A stretch of 64,000 nucleotides of DNA from assembly GCA_907165135.1 (NCBI GenBank), contig OU015568.1, positions 12,462,001 through 12,526,000 on the forward strand, read 5' to 3'. Shown here in pieces: positions 12,772 through 24,756 of this stretch (the first letter of the stretch is position 1; every line of letters begins with the position of its first letter). A program made the translations under genes and the position numbers. Source of the stretch: Oikopleura dioica. Lineage: Eukaryota; Animalia; Chordata. The notes under the pieces were generated by a model. That model saw only the letters and a list, made by a program, of their open reading frames with translations. It was not told the DNA's origin and did not search any database.

Positions 12772-13245
12772 ATGGAGAGACTTTTCGATCAAGAAATAGG
12801 GCCCATTCCAGAGCTGATAGGTCGACAACTTACGATTGTCGACCTTCAAAACCTTCACAGCTCATTTCGATCACTCGATGCTCAAGATAATCTAAGCGGC
12901 TATGTTGAGAAGCGCGAGAAATTAGCAAGGAATACGAAGAATCCGTTGGAGTACATCATCGGAGCTGCTCCGCTATTTAATCACGAAACTATTGACCTCA
13001 TGCAAAAGGAGATTCTCGTGTTTCGCGAAAGAGAAAATTGTCTGTTTCAGGATTTCAATTTCGAGCTTCAAAATAACGACTTTGGAAGAAACTTTCATCC
13101 TAGAAACCCTGGTGACTGGAACCTACTGATAAGAACTGCGGAAAAAGAAGAAAAGAAGCAAAATTATTTGAAATACATTTCTCTTACATGCTCGAGCTAT
13201 CCCTGGGCGGATTATCTACTGAAAACTCACAAGTTCAAAAAGTGA
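12772..13245 (+). CDS. Hypothetical 157-aa intronless protein
   Basis: ATG-initiated 157-aa ORF with protein-like composition; no recognised motif. Confidence 0.4.
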   Translation: MERLFDQEIGPIPELIGRQLTIVDLQNLHSSFRSLDAQDNLSGYVEKREKLARNTKNPLEYIIGAAPLFNHETIDLMQKEILVFRERENCLFQDFNFELQNNDFGRNFHPRNPGDWNLLIRTAEKEEKKQNYLKYISLTCSSYPWADYLLKTHKFKK

Positions 13246-14397
13246 CCCTTCCCTTTCGGAATTAAAGAAACTTTTGATCCAGGAAGACGATTTCTTGGGC
13301 GTAGGTTCATCTTCGATCTCTTCGAATTTAATTTCTCGGCCTATCAATGCATCGAATTCAACTAAGCCCATAACATCTAAAACAAAATATATCAGTCTGT
13401 TCTATATTTAAAATATAAGTTTATATTGAATAGTTACAGTCTAAATCGCATTCTGTAATACAGCGAAAGTAAACTACTTGTCAATGTTCCACCGACGTTT
13501 GCAATCATAAACACTCCAACTAATACTGGAGCCATAAATACAAATTTATCCACATCATTTTGAACTGGATCAGGAATGCCCATGTACGGGCAGTAAATAA
13601 ATCGGTACGCAACAATCACTAGTCCAGTGAAGAAAGCTAGCTTCATCGCACGGTGCCGGTGTATTTCGCGACGATAAGGATTGATCTTGTAGTTTTTCTT
13701 CAAGGCGTAGCGAGATGTGTCTTGAAAACCTTCCGGAAGTTTCAACTAAATGAAAGTTAAATTTGAACTCTTCAAATGAGCAAAGAGTAATTATCTTTAC
13801 CGGAGCTTGAAATTCCAAAGAATCTTTGATGGCCTGATTGCAGAGAACTCTATCACCAGGGTGCTCCATTCTACCGTCTCTTAAAATTATTTAATGATGA
13901 AGTAAAGATATTTCTTAGCAACTTTTGTATTAGAAACTCATTAAAACATTTATAATACTGTAAGAGCTACCTGTGTGGTAGAACAATCGAATACGGCCCC
14001 ATAAACACCTTTGGCTTCACATTTTTCGGATCAACAACTTCCATATGTGCATCTGTATAATATCTAGCGCCACGATACTCTTCTGGGACAAGAGCTTTCA
14101 ACGGGACTTTTCGTTTATTATCGCCGGAAAGGAGCTGTTGTCGTTTTTCCTCGCGGAACTCTTTGTAAGGCTTGAAGAAATTCTGTCCGGGATCTTCGTA
14201 GCGCGGCCTGGTTGGGTCTGGTTTTGCTCGATTGAACCAGTTTGACTTTTTGGATTCTTTTTGCGCTGCATCGTCCTTTGAAAGATAGCTTTTAGATTCG
14301 ATTAGTGAATTCTACTTACCCATTCGTTTAGTCTCAAAAGCGAGCAGGAAAGATTTCTGACTGAACGATTTCGCCCTGCACAAATAGCTGTTAACAT
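13216..14397 (-). CDS. Probable mitochondrial two-TM membrane protein, multi-exon
   Basis: N-terminus MLTAICAGRNRSVRNLSCSLLRLNEW (Arg/Ser/Leu-rich, transit-peptide-like); two hydrophobic segments (KLAFFTGLVIVAYRFIY; FVFMAPVLVGVFMIANVGG); AG acceptor 1 nt before ATG. Confidence 0.55.
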
Positions 14398-14514
14398 TCT
14401 GTTCAAAATTATTTTGGAGGCTTTTTTAATGAATATGATTGCAGTTTATTTTAATAAAGATTGAAGAAAATGAGACGTAAAGGATAAAGATGGAACAAGA
14501 TAGCTTTTTTTAAG

Positions 14515-15673
14515 TTAGAAGATGATCTCCTTCATAATGAGTAGAAATAATAAGATTGCGACGGTCACGGCCATACATAAAATTGCTTTCATTTTTCGAT
14601 CTTTTCGTTGATACTGGTCCGCCTTTTTCAGCTGCTTTAGGCCTTCCTCTGTCTTTGTTGCCGCCATATCGACGTTATATTCAATTTGGTCTGTAATTGA
14701 TTCATGAATTCATAGTGAACCAAGAGCAATGTTTACCTAGAATAGTTCCTTGCTCGACGACGAAAGAAGAAATATCCCTGAATAGCTGATTCAAGTCGTT
14801 GATGGACTTTGAGATTTTGTTCAACTCCTTTTCTCTTTTATCGAGAAATTCCGTGTCGAGGGCGAGCTCCTGGCGTTGGAAATTCGCATCGAGAGCTTCG
14901 TCCGTCGCTATTTCGTAATCGCCCTGTAGATCCATCAAATCTGCAGTCCGAGTGTTTCTTAGAAACCGCTTTGTCGATAATTGAAAACGCAGTAAATTAC
15001 CTTTTTTGAAGTCTCCTGGAAAAGTTTCCTTGGCACTTTCGAAAACGCGTCGAATATGAAGATATTTCTTCAGCGTACCTAAAGAATTATTTATAGAGTT
15101 CTCGAAAAAACGAAGCGGCTACCTAGACGCTAAATTTCTCGCAATCTTTTCTTCCATCTTGTTCGCGAACTGCCTTGTTTTCACTCTATTCAAAATCTTC
15201 TGCGAGCTCATGAAGTTGTTCGAGAGCGTCTCGGTCATTGCTTCGATCTCTTCATTTTCGTCTTCGTCAATATTCTCATCGAAAGCGGGTCGATTGAGGA
15301 TTCGGTCGTTGTATTTTTCGAACTGAGTGAGTCCAGTGCCGATGGCGCCGAGGTGGTATTCCAGGTTGTCTTTGAATTCTTGGATTTGGAATTGATTACG
15401 CTCGAAGTGGACGATGTCGTCTTCTTGGTGGATCAGCACTTCTTTTTCATTATCAACTAGGATCATTTAGCTAAGGTTGAATCGGGTAGACAAGTGTGCG
15501 TTAGGCCTATTTGAATCTTGCGCCAGATATGCGCTGGTTTACTCGTTAGTTATAGAAAGTCTATTCCACCTGTTTAATCTTACTGTACCTTGATAGTAAT
15601 TGCTCGTTTCGGTGCTCGAACGATCTCTCAAAAGCTTGAATGCGGATGTCAAGTCCCGATGTATCAATTGCAT
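14515..15673 (-). CDS. STX16: Syntaxin-16 (Qa-SNARE)
   Basis: N-peptide RDLTSAFKLLRD; Habc RPAFDE..EEIEAMTETL; SNARE motif REKELNKISKSINDLNQLFRDISSFVVEQGTIL-DQIEYNV; C-terminal TM. Confidence 0.9.
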
Positions 15674-15908
15674 TTCTAATTCGCATGTTTTTATTCAGTA
15701 TTTTTTCTACACCAGCATTTTTTGTAATTACAAGTTATAGAAACGAGGATCAGATTTTTAGAATTGAATCAGATTTTCAGAGTGTAAGCGAATGGAAAGA
15801 ACATTTGAATGTTACAAGTACAATCAGGTAGAATTTCGAGATGAGGTACAAAAGACAGTTTTCTCTTCTTTTTAATTGGAAGTTTGACATTTATTTCTTT
15901 GATGATTT

Positions 15909-16398
15909 CTAGTGCTTCATTTGGAGCAAGACCTGGCGCATGCGAGAGCGGTCTACGCCGTCGTTGGAGTCTCGTTGGAGGTCAATTAGCTCGATTATAT
16001 TCGAAAATTGATCCTCCTTGGTAATTGGCGCCGGAGCTTTTTCCGCGTTTTCGGAGATCAGGTCGGAAAGATTCTCGAGTTGCTTCTTTCGCGAGGCGTT
16101 GAACTCTTCAATTTGGACCTGCGCCGTTTCTCTCCAAGTCTAAAAAGGAGAGATAAATCTTCTTCAATCAAGGGTCGATGAATTATTTATATAGCGAGAT
16201 AAGCTTCTTACTTGAGAAAAACGCTAAAGCGAAAATGTGACTTATAAAATGAAAAAACTCGATCTCCTCGTGAATGGTAAGCGTTAAGACTTCCTAAACA
16301 AAAAGCTCTAAGAGAGCATGAAAAATTACCTGTTCAGTGATTTCTTCGATTTTTGCGGCTTCTTCAGATCGTCGGATCATTTCTTCTGTGGCCTCCAT
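15909..16398 (-). CDS. CLT: Clathrin light chain, compact
   Basis: TWRETAQVQIEEFNASRKKQLE helix and C-terminal DRSRMRQVLLQMK, matching CLC W-R-E and D.SRMR.VL..LK motifs. Confidence 0.75.
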
Positions 16399-16495
16399 TC
16401 TAAATATAATGATATTACAACAAAATAACGAATACAATTTGAAGTTCAAATTTTGAACTATTTATAATCTTCTATCAGTAAAGCAGTCGGTTCAG

Positions 16496-17551
16496 TTAGC
16501 TTTTCTTTTCCAAAACTTTAAACATTCGAAAGGCTTTCAGTTCATCTGCCCATGCATGGTCCGGCCCGTTCAGAGGAGGACTTTCCGGAGTCATCTCTTC
16601 AAGATATCTGTCCAGCAAAATCGGGATCTCTTCTATGTGGCAGAGCAAAACTCTCGATCCAGGCTTCAAGCTTTGAAGGATGCACTCAAAGTCTTTTTTT
16701 CCGTTGTCTTTTGAGAACCATTGAAAAGGATTGTTCATTATCGTCAAGTCTGCTTTTCGAAGAATTTCTTTTGATTTTTCGCTTTTTGCATCTTCGTTGA
16801 CTATTTTTATTCGATCTAAAAATCTACAGATAAGTATTAATTATTGCTATCAAACTGACCTACATACATCTCAGATCAGAGTTCGATCATTTTTGTTGAC
16901 TCAAATCTTGATGCTTACCTTCCATTTGAAACTTTTCAACGACTCTATTTTGAATCTTGCACCATTCTTCGTCAATCTCAATTCCAACGATCTCTTTTGC
17001 CTTTGTCATCAAATGAGCTGCGTACAAAATGCATCCAGTACGAGAGCCGATATCCACCATGACTTCGAAGTCATTTATCTCATCTAAAAATGGTTTAGTT
17101 CTCTCGAAACTTCATTCATTATCTGACCGAAAAGAACCGTTAATTCATCCTGCGACATCGAGTGCGAGACCATTTCCAAATCGTTGATATTCTTGCTCTT
17201 GCAGTCGCCGCATTCTGAGGTCGAGAAATCCGTGATTTTCAGCACTTGATCTGGGTACAAAAATTCATCGACTTCGACGACCTCTTCTTCTTCATTTTCT
17301 GGTTTTCTGGTGATCTCGTTTGGTAGTTTTCCTCCCGGTGGCTCGATGTCCATACGAAGCGTGTCAGCAATTTGGATCAATGTTTCTTCAGTTTGGGTTG
17401 GCGCGAGGCTATCGATTTCGCCCTCCGCGAAACCTCCTACCCATCTGGCGAAGCGGCAGCGGTATTCCTCCGGCAGAGAGTTGTAAACATCCAAAAACCT
17501 GGTTTTCGCAACTCCCATGTGATCAGTTTTATTTTTGCTGGTGCTAGTCAT
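16496..17551 (-). CDS. Putative class I SAM-dependent methyltransferase with an upstream CxxC
   Basis: Spliced frame gives VMVDIGSRTGCILYAAHLMTKAKEIVGIEIDEEWC (motif I and acidic motif II), ECGDC upstream and MNNPFQWF downstream. Confidence 0.7.
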
Positions 17552-17695
17552 TCTGAACAATGACAAAATTCAAAATGAAATTAAAAAATAGATAAGCGCA
17601 GGCCGTTAAATCGGTGACTTAGGTTTGCAGTCTGGTGTACTCATTCTGTGAAAAACGAAATGAGAGACGTTGGTGGTATGAACGGAAATATGAAT

Positions 17696-20480
17696 TTATT
17701 CAACAAGACGTTCAGTTTTCGAATCTTTTAGTACGTGTTTCGCAGATTCTGAATCTTCGTTTTTCGGAGGAGTTATTGCCAAGAATTGAGTAGGTACGAA
17801 TCCGACGTTCTGCGAGCTGATGATTTTCACCTTTTAGGAATCTCTTGATGTTTTATTGACGATAAATCAGATCCGTGGTTTTTGAAATGATAAGTGAGAT
17901 TCCTTCCTTGCTCCAGTTTTCATTCGAGCTATCCTCTAGCACTTCCAGTAGATCTCCTTTCTTGCACTTGACAGCATCAGGAAAGTCGTTGCCATTTGAA
18001 TCTAGGAAATTACTTTTATGGATGGTTCGAGTGACCCGATTATCGAAGAAAATCAAGAGCTTATTGGTTACCAGTGCCGTCAAAGTCGTAAAGCATTCGT
18101 CCCGATTTGGGTTCACGTTTTTTATTGGCATTTATCTCATCATCCGGAGAAGGCTCAGAGTTTGATAGTGCCGGCTCGATTTTTTCGTACAGGTGAAGAG
18201 ATTCCAGTTCAGAGACAAAAGAATCTGCCAAACTTCCTGAAGAAATTTGTAAGTAAAAATTGAAATTTACCCGAAAACTCCGTTTTAAATTTTAAACCTG
18301 TTTCTAACTTATTCGGGTCGTATGGCTCATCTGGCGCCTTGACAGGACTGGGCGGTGATTGAGAAGGTCTTGGACTTATTCGTATGTGAGGATTGTGTTT
18401 GAACTTTTCCGAGGCGGCTATAGCATGTTGTTACATGATTATTGCAAGCAGTAAAAATCATGCAGCTGCTTACCCGGGGATGTAAAGTTGGTTTGCGGCT
18501 CCGGTTTTGTCTGAAGGAATGTCGTAAAGATAATTTGTTATTCTGACGATTCTAGTGATAAGTGGTTGCTTCCTCTGACTCATTTTGATAAAATTTGCTC
18601 CTTGGTTCGATTTACGCGTTTCTCAGAATAAGGCAGCCAATCAGCGCTTGGCGCGAAGTTTGAACTGCCGCGCCCCGCGTTTTTGCGAATTAGGAGTCAA
18701 TTTCGAGTCAAAAAACTCTTTTTAATTATAAATCTACAACATTGACTTACTCTGGAAGAAGATCCAGTCGAGACTGACCCGTTTTTCGAATTGAGAAACA
18801 TTTTGGGCTGCTTATCGGCTGGAATGCTCCGTGGGTGATCCTTCTTTACGTTATCGATGATAAGCCGGTGTTCGGCGGAGATGACGTCTGGGAAAGAGTC
18901 CTTATCGTGGTAGCACACGCAGCCACAAGCCGCAGACACCAGACGAACGCTGAAAAAATATAACAATTAGAGAAAAATGAAATCAAGAAAGACTGCTATT
19001 TGAACTGCTCGAAATGACTTTTGACCTGTAAACTCACAGTATTTTTAATACGTTTAGAAAGAATTGTCGCCTTCGAGTAAATTCGATAAAAATCCTTTAT
19101 GGGCGAGGATTTGAAAGTTTGGACCCGATCAATTTTGCTTGAAAGGTACAGTCAAATCGGAAAGTTCATGAGTGGAATTATTGGTTTGCCTGAAACTCTT
19201 TCTTTTTAAGCGAAGCGTCGCAGTCAAATTCGAACGTTTTCGAAATTCGCTTTAGAAAAGCAAGTAGATCCTTTCAGAATCTCTTTTTGGTCCAGAAAAA
19301 TGCTAATGAATACTTGAATAGCTCTATCTTTCTTTATTTTCAGCGGAAGAGGGTCTTACCTCTCCGTGAGAGAGTCTTTGGCATTGAGCTGAATCTGATT
19401 GACTCTTTTCAGAAGGTCTTCGTGGAGATCTTCGAGATTAGAGCAAATTCGTGGGAGGTAGTCCTCGAACGAGTTTTGCTGCTCGATGTTGAAATCATTC
19501 ACCATGTCTGTGTAATCGTTTTCAGCCGTTTCCATGCTCGAAACTTTGTATTTTCTGAAAAAGGGTTTAATAAAAATTTTCAAAAGTAAAATGTGCTTTC
19601 TAACCTTTCTCGGGCGATTCTTTCTTCTTTACTCAGGACCCCTTTTCCAGACTTTTTTGGTCTTTCAAGGGTCAAAAGAAAGATCCATTTCGACTAAAAT
19701 CTGAGACCAAACACTCATTTTTTACATAATTAATTTCAAAAAGGACTGTTATTTTTCGTTCAAAGCTGCGTTTTTAATTGAAAAAATCTATCTATACCTT
19801 TAGAATTTTCATAAAAAATGGTAATTTCGACCCTTTTTTATTGTTCTTATCAAATTTCATCAGCGCTTCGTGAGTTTTCTTGTATTCGTTGAAGTAAAAC
19901 TCTAGCTTTTCTTCAGCCTTGATTCTTCTAGCCGCTTGAATATTGTGATCCTTGATGAATTTTTCGTTTCTTTCTTTGATCGCCGTTTTCGTTTTATGAA
20001 TTGTTTTGATGACATTTTTCTCCAGAGTTGTCGAAAGTTGAGTTCTAGCGTCGATTTCTTTTCGGGCAAAGAGAATGAAGCTTTCCAGGGGATAAAACGA
20101 GGATAAAGGAACATATGGCTGCTAAGAGCTTTTTGGTGACTGCTAATCCCCTCGCCTGTCATAGGTTTTCTCAAGGAATCCCTCCTGCTTTTTGGTCTTA
20201 GACCCGTTCTTCGAGTTTTTCTTGAGGGACCCCCACTGGCGCGCCCAGGAGAGGAACCCTTGAGCGTCTTGCCCGACTGGCGATGTTCAATGACTAGGAT
20301 TATGTTAAATTGTGGTCAGAAGAGCGTTTCTTTCTATTCACTCACCGAGCGAGTCCAGACGAGTCAGAAACGTTTTCGCGAACTTCAACGTCTGTTCCAC
20401 GTACACGCTGTAGAGCTCTTCCAATTGGCACAGTTTTCGTAAGTCAGATTCAACGATGCAGTTCAGTTCTTTTTCATGGG
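17696..20480 (-). CDS. F-BAR + C-terminal SH3 protein (CIP4/FNBP1/NOSTRIN-like)
   Basis: F-BAR-like helix MVNDFNIEQQNSFEDYLPRICSNLEDLHEDLLKRV; SH3 KKGDLLEVLEDSSNENWSK-VKIISSQNVGFVPTQFL. 5' end approximate. Confidence 0.6.
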
Positions 20481-20519
20481 TTTAGTTTTATTCCTACGCA
20501 GGTAGAGAGCCCAAAGCTC

Positions 20520-21482
20520 GTGTAGAAAACCTGAGTCAGGGTCAAAGAAAACCATTTTTATTATTTAAAGCTCTTTCAGGCTCTTTCAGGCCTTCTACAC
20601 AGGCTACTGTGCCAAGAGTCGCGAAGATAGAAACGCGTTTTTAAGTCAAGTGGGTAGACAAAAAGTCGTCATAAGAGCATTACTGCGTCACTTTTTGACG
20701 CTTTCTCATTTTTCCTCCAGAAAATCAGATTTATCATCACTTTTTATTAATTTCTGTCAGTCCATTTCCTGGAAAATGACAAGGCAGCGCTCGCCAAGAC
20801 TTTTCCATTCTTTCAGTATCTGTCTCTTCTTCTTATCTCTGCTTGCAATAAAAATTTGTAAAAGCAAAACGAAAAACGCGTTAGTTTTAGTTTACGACTC
20901 TCGGACAACACGAGTGCTCGAGTTAATTTTAAGGGGTAGGGGCTTTTCGTAGCCTGTCGCCCATTTAATAGACCCTGTTGTAAAGGGGCACGATGACCTT
21001 GACGGGCAAAGAGGAAAAGAGAGGAGGAAGATCCTCTTCTTCCCATTTTGCCCTTTTGAGGTTTTATGACCACGGATAAGCAAAAATATTCTTTATTCGA
21101 CGAGGAAGAATTTCACGATTTCGAATTAATATTTTCGCATTTCCAAATTATACTCAATTCGTTAATTAAACCTCTTTTTCCGCCGCGAAGAGTACACATT
21201 TCCCATTTCCTAAATTGTCCAATTTCGGCCTTGTCGATCAACTTGTCTCTCCATTTGATGGAAGAGCTGCCATTTCCGACGAGTCGAGCCTAATCCGCTC
21301 GAAATCCGAGGCCTTCCTCCAGCTTTTCTTCCTTTCAAAAATACTTGATTCTTTCCGCATGGCCAGAGATCGAGTATTTCGCCAATTTCTAAGAAATTTC
21401 AATAAAGATTATTATTTACAGTCAAATATACAGACTGGACTCGGCAACCTAAATTTTAGGCCCTGACTCAGGTTTTCAACAC
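20520..21482. mobile_element. Probable non-autonomous DNA element with short (~22 bp) TIRs
   Basis: GTGTAGAAAACCTGAGTCAGGG at 20520 and its near-perfect reverse complement ending at 21482. No clean TSD. A related half-motif lies at ~22720. Confidence 0.5.
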
Positions 21483-22793
21483 AGAATGCCGAGCCCAATA
21501 CAAGCAATTGACAGTACAGACTTATACAGAGAAAATAGTAGAAAATATTCTATTTTGAAGCTCACTCTTTTGGTAAAGCTCGAACTTGATCTCAGTTAGT
21601 CACAGTGATTTAGTTACTCACATAGGTGCGAGGAAAAGGCCCATTTTCGCGTCTATAAAATTTTCGCGAAAATTTTATTTGAAAACTGCCCCTTGGGAGA
21701 ATTGTCAGCACCTGTTTCAAATTCAAAAACGAGCGGAGAGTAATTTTAATTTTATCGACCATTTTTCATTTTCGCTTGGTTGGGATTGGTCAAAAGAGAA
21801 ATATTGATTTATTTATTCCAAGGCTGAAATGTTCTCATTTTCGACAGAAAACGCCAGAAATTGACTGAAATTAACAATTTTTTGCGAGAGATAAAAAGAA
21901 AGAAAACGTCACGAAACGAACATTTTTTCGGTAAGAGAAAACAAATTTAATTACAGTCACCTTTTTCGCTTTTGTCTAATTTCGTCTTTGTTTCTCAAGA
22001 CTAGACAAATTTGAAGAAAAATAAAATACCGCGATTTTCTTCGATTTCTGAGATACCATTGTGGTCGCCTACGTAGTTCATAATTCAACAATTTTTCGTG
22101 TTTTTTAGTTATTACGTAATTGTTACGTCACTCGCTGCTCAGAAATCGGGAATCCGGTTGAGCTCAATGTTAGAATTTGATGGGTTGATGTCTAAATGCA
22201 ATTTTCTCATCAAATAAGAATCGAGAATGAAATTTGAAGATCTTATTGGACACGGTACGGAAAAAAGTGTCGAGTTGAAGATTTAGAAATTTTTACTTGC
22301 GAAAAGCAGGAAAAGTTAACATTAAAAATTCTTATAGAAATAAATTCTTATGGTTTACTGTCTTTTTTATGCAATTCCGTTTTTCAATTTTTCCCCTTTT
22401 GGGACAGAGCCAATAAAATGCGGACTAAAGTACTGAGAACAAAGAGGCGTGATTGCCAACAATCCGTCTCAAAAAGTTACTAATTTGACAGCTCATTTTC
22501 AATTTGATGGATCAGCCAGCTCCCATATACGATTTGTGTCCTTTTGAGTGGGTAATAGGTTTGAATCAAGAAGCCATTTTCGTATTAGACGGTGCTTTTC
22601 CCTTCTTTCGCTCAAAATTTGAAGGGAAAAAGGCTCTGGTCCAATAAGAAAATGCTCTGTTTATTCAAAACTAGTGCGCGATACTTGACTTCTGAGAATC
22701 TCAACTCAGCAACCTGTACGGAAAACTTGAGTCAGGGTTTCGAAGATCCCTGATGAAAAGCCGCGGAGCGGCGTCAGAAAATTACTATTTTAG

Positions 22794-23388
22794 GATGAAT
22801 TACCATAAGAATTTTTGGGCCAAAATTTTTTTTCCCGAAATAACACTATATTCTGAGAGCCCATATCAGAATTAGTAAATTCCCAAAGTTCTAGCGTGCA
22901 ATGACGTCATTATGACGTCATTTATGATGATTTAAGGTTCAAAAAAGGTCTCAAAAGTTGAAACTTTTTGACCGTCTTTGAGAGGGTTTTTGTTTGAAAT
23001 ACATTTTTTTCTTTTCAGAATCTCATTCAGCATGAAAACTGAACAATTACCCGGCAAAATTTGATCGAACCGACCGGTATTATTTTTAACCGCCAAAAAA
23101 ACCGGTCGGTTAAGTCTGATATCGGACGGTTAAATGTCGGGTGATTGTTCAGTTTTTTATGCTGAACAAGATACCGTAAAGAAAAAATTTTATCTCAAAC
23201 AATAACCGTCTCAAAAACGGTTAAAAAAATTTGCCTATTTTGATGCTAAAAGCGTCTTTTCTGTCGTCATAATGACGTCATCGGGCGCTAGAACTTTGGC
23301 AATTCACTAATTCTGACATGGGCTTACAGAATATAGTGTTATCTCGGGAAAAAAATTTTTGCCCCAAAAATTCTTATGGTAATTCATC
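22794..23388. mobile_element. Palindromic MITE, family A, copy 1
   Basis: Long inverted arms starting GATGAATTACCATAAGAATTTTT; central ACCGACCGGT...ACCGGTCGGT palindrome. Confidence 0.85.
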
Positions 23389-24756
23389 TTAGTCTTTTCT
23401 TAAATTTTGGCGAAGCCGCTTAGTGGAAACACTTCAATCGTAAATAAATATTCTCAATTGTACATTCAACAATTGATATCTCCGATTGTTATTCACTCAC
23501 TCGCATATTTTTACTACGAGAGTTTCAATCACTTCTCGGGTGCGCGTCAGTTAAGGCGTTTTTGCCATTTGCGTCTTTTAAGGCATTGCGTCTTTTAAGG
23601 CACTTGCGTCAGTTAAGGCGCTGAAAAATGACTAGTGGAATTCTGATATCAACTAGGGTCTGCTAGATTTCTTGATAAAATATTTCTTTACCAATTCCTA
23701 GGGTAAGTGCCAGAGTTAATATTTTCTCAAGAAAATCTTTTTATATTCAGTTATAAGCTGAACTGCTGGTTAATGATTGAATTTGAAGTTTTTCGTGATA
23801 GAATAAATTTATTATTTGTAAAAATAAAGGTTCGACACTAAAATTTTAGTTAATTTTCTCAGATCGTTTTCGATGTATTTGAAATATCTGAAATTTAAAT
23901 ATTTTGAATACGCTGTTATATTTGAGATTGAAATGAGGAGAATTTCAAGGATAGTTACAATCGAGGTAATTTAGCAGACCCTAGTTGATATCAGAATTCC
24001 ACTAGTCATTTTCAGCGCCTTAACTGACGCAAGTGCCTTAAAAGACGCAATGCCTTAAAAGACGCAAATGGCAAAAACGCCTTAACTGACGCGCACCCTC
24101 ACTTCTCAGTTACCCGGGCTTTAGTGTGTGTTTTAGCGTAAGAGTGCGCGTGTGTGCCTTAGGGGTAAACTAAAATTGCGATGACAGGAGCTCAGTTAGG
24201 AGCATTTTTGAGGGCGCCAAAACTCGAAAAAAAGATCAAGAACGAGATTTTTTAAATAGGAAAAAAATTGAAAAGAAAAATATTAAAAGATGAATTACCA
24301 TAAGAATTTTTTGGCCAAAAAAAATTTTTTTGAGAGAAGAACATATTCTGAAAGCCCAAGTCAAAATTAGTCGATTCACAAATTTCTAGGGCTACATGAC
24401 GTCATTATGACGTCATTAATTATTAATAAATGTCCGAAAAGGCTCCAAATTCATGAAACTTTGGAACGCTTTTTGAGGCGGTTTTTGCTGGAAATAGATT
24501 TTTCTATTGATGGCATGGTGTTCGCCATCAAAAACTACGTAGGGACCCGAGGTTTATTTTTCGAACCGACCGGTTTCAAAAATTGAACCGGTCGGTAATG
24601 GTTGATATTCAATGGTTTGATCCCGGGTCCCTACGTAGTTTTTCATGAAAAATCCGAATCCGTCGAGAAAAATATAATTTAAAAACGTTTTCGGCTCGAA
24701 AAAGCGTTCCAAAGACAAAATTTTCAAATCAGCCCGATGACGTCATAATGACGTCA
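22902..24756. promoter_or_regulatory. Cluster of perfect CRE palindromes (TGACGTCA) carried in MITE family A arms
   Basis: TGACGTCA at 22902, 22913, 23273, 24397, 24408, 24738 and 24749. Function untested. Confidence 0.4.
23538..24098. mobile_element. Foldback/MULE-like MITE with 9-bp TSD
   Basis: ~130-bp TIRs starting GGGTGCGCGTCAGTTAAGGCG, built from TGCGTC(T/A)(T/G)TTAAGGC subrepeats; TCACTTCTC duplicated at 23529-23537 and 24099-24107. Confidence 0.9.

Noticed and set aside
23538-24098. Regularly spaced short repeats here and at 37773-37860 and 56739-57070, superficially CRISPR-like
   Set aside because: Eukaryotic context, repeats arranged as inverted arms with no unique spacers, TSDs at two of the three sites, and no cas genes.
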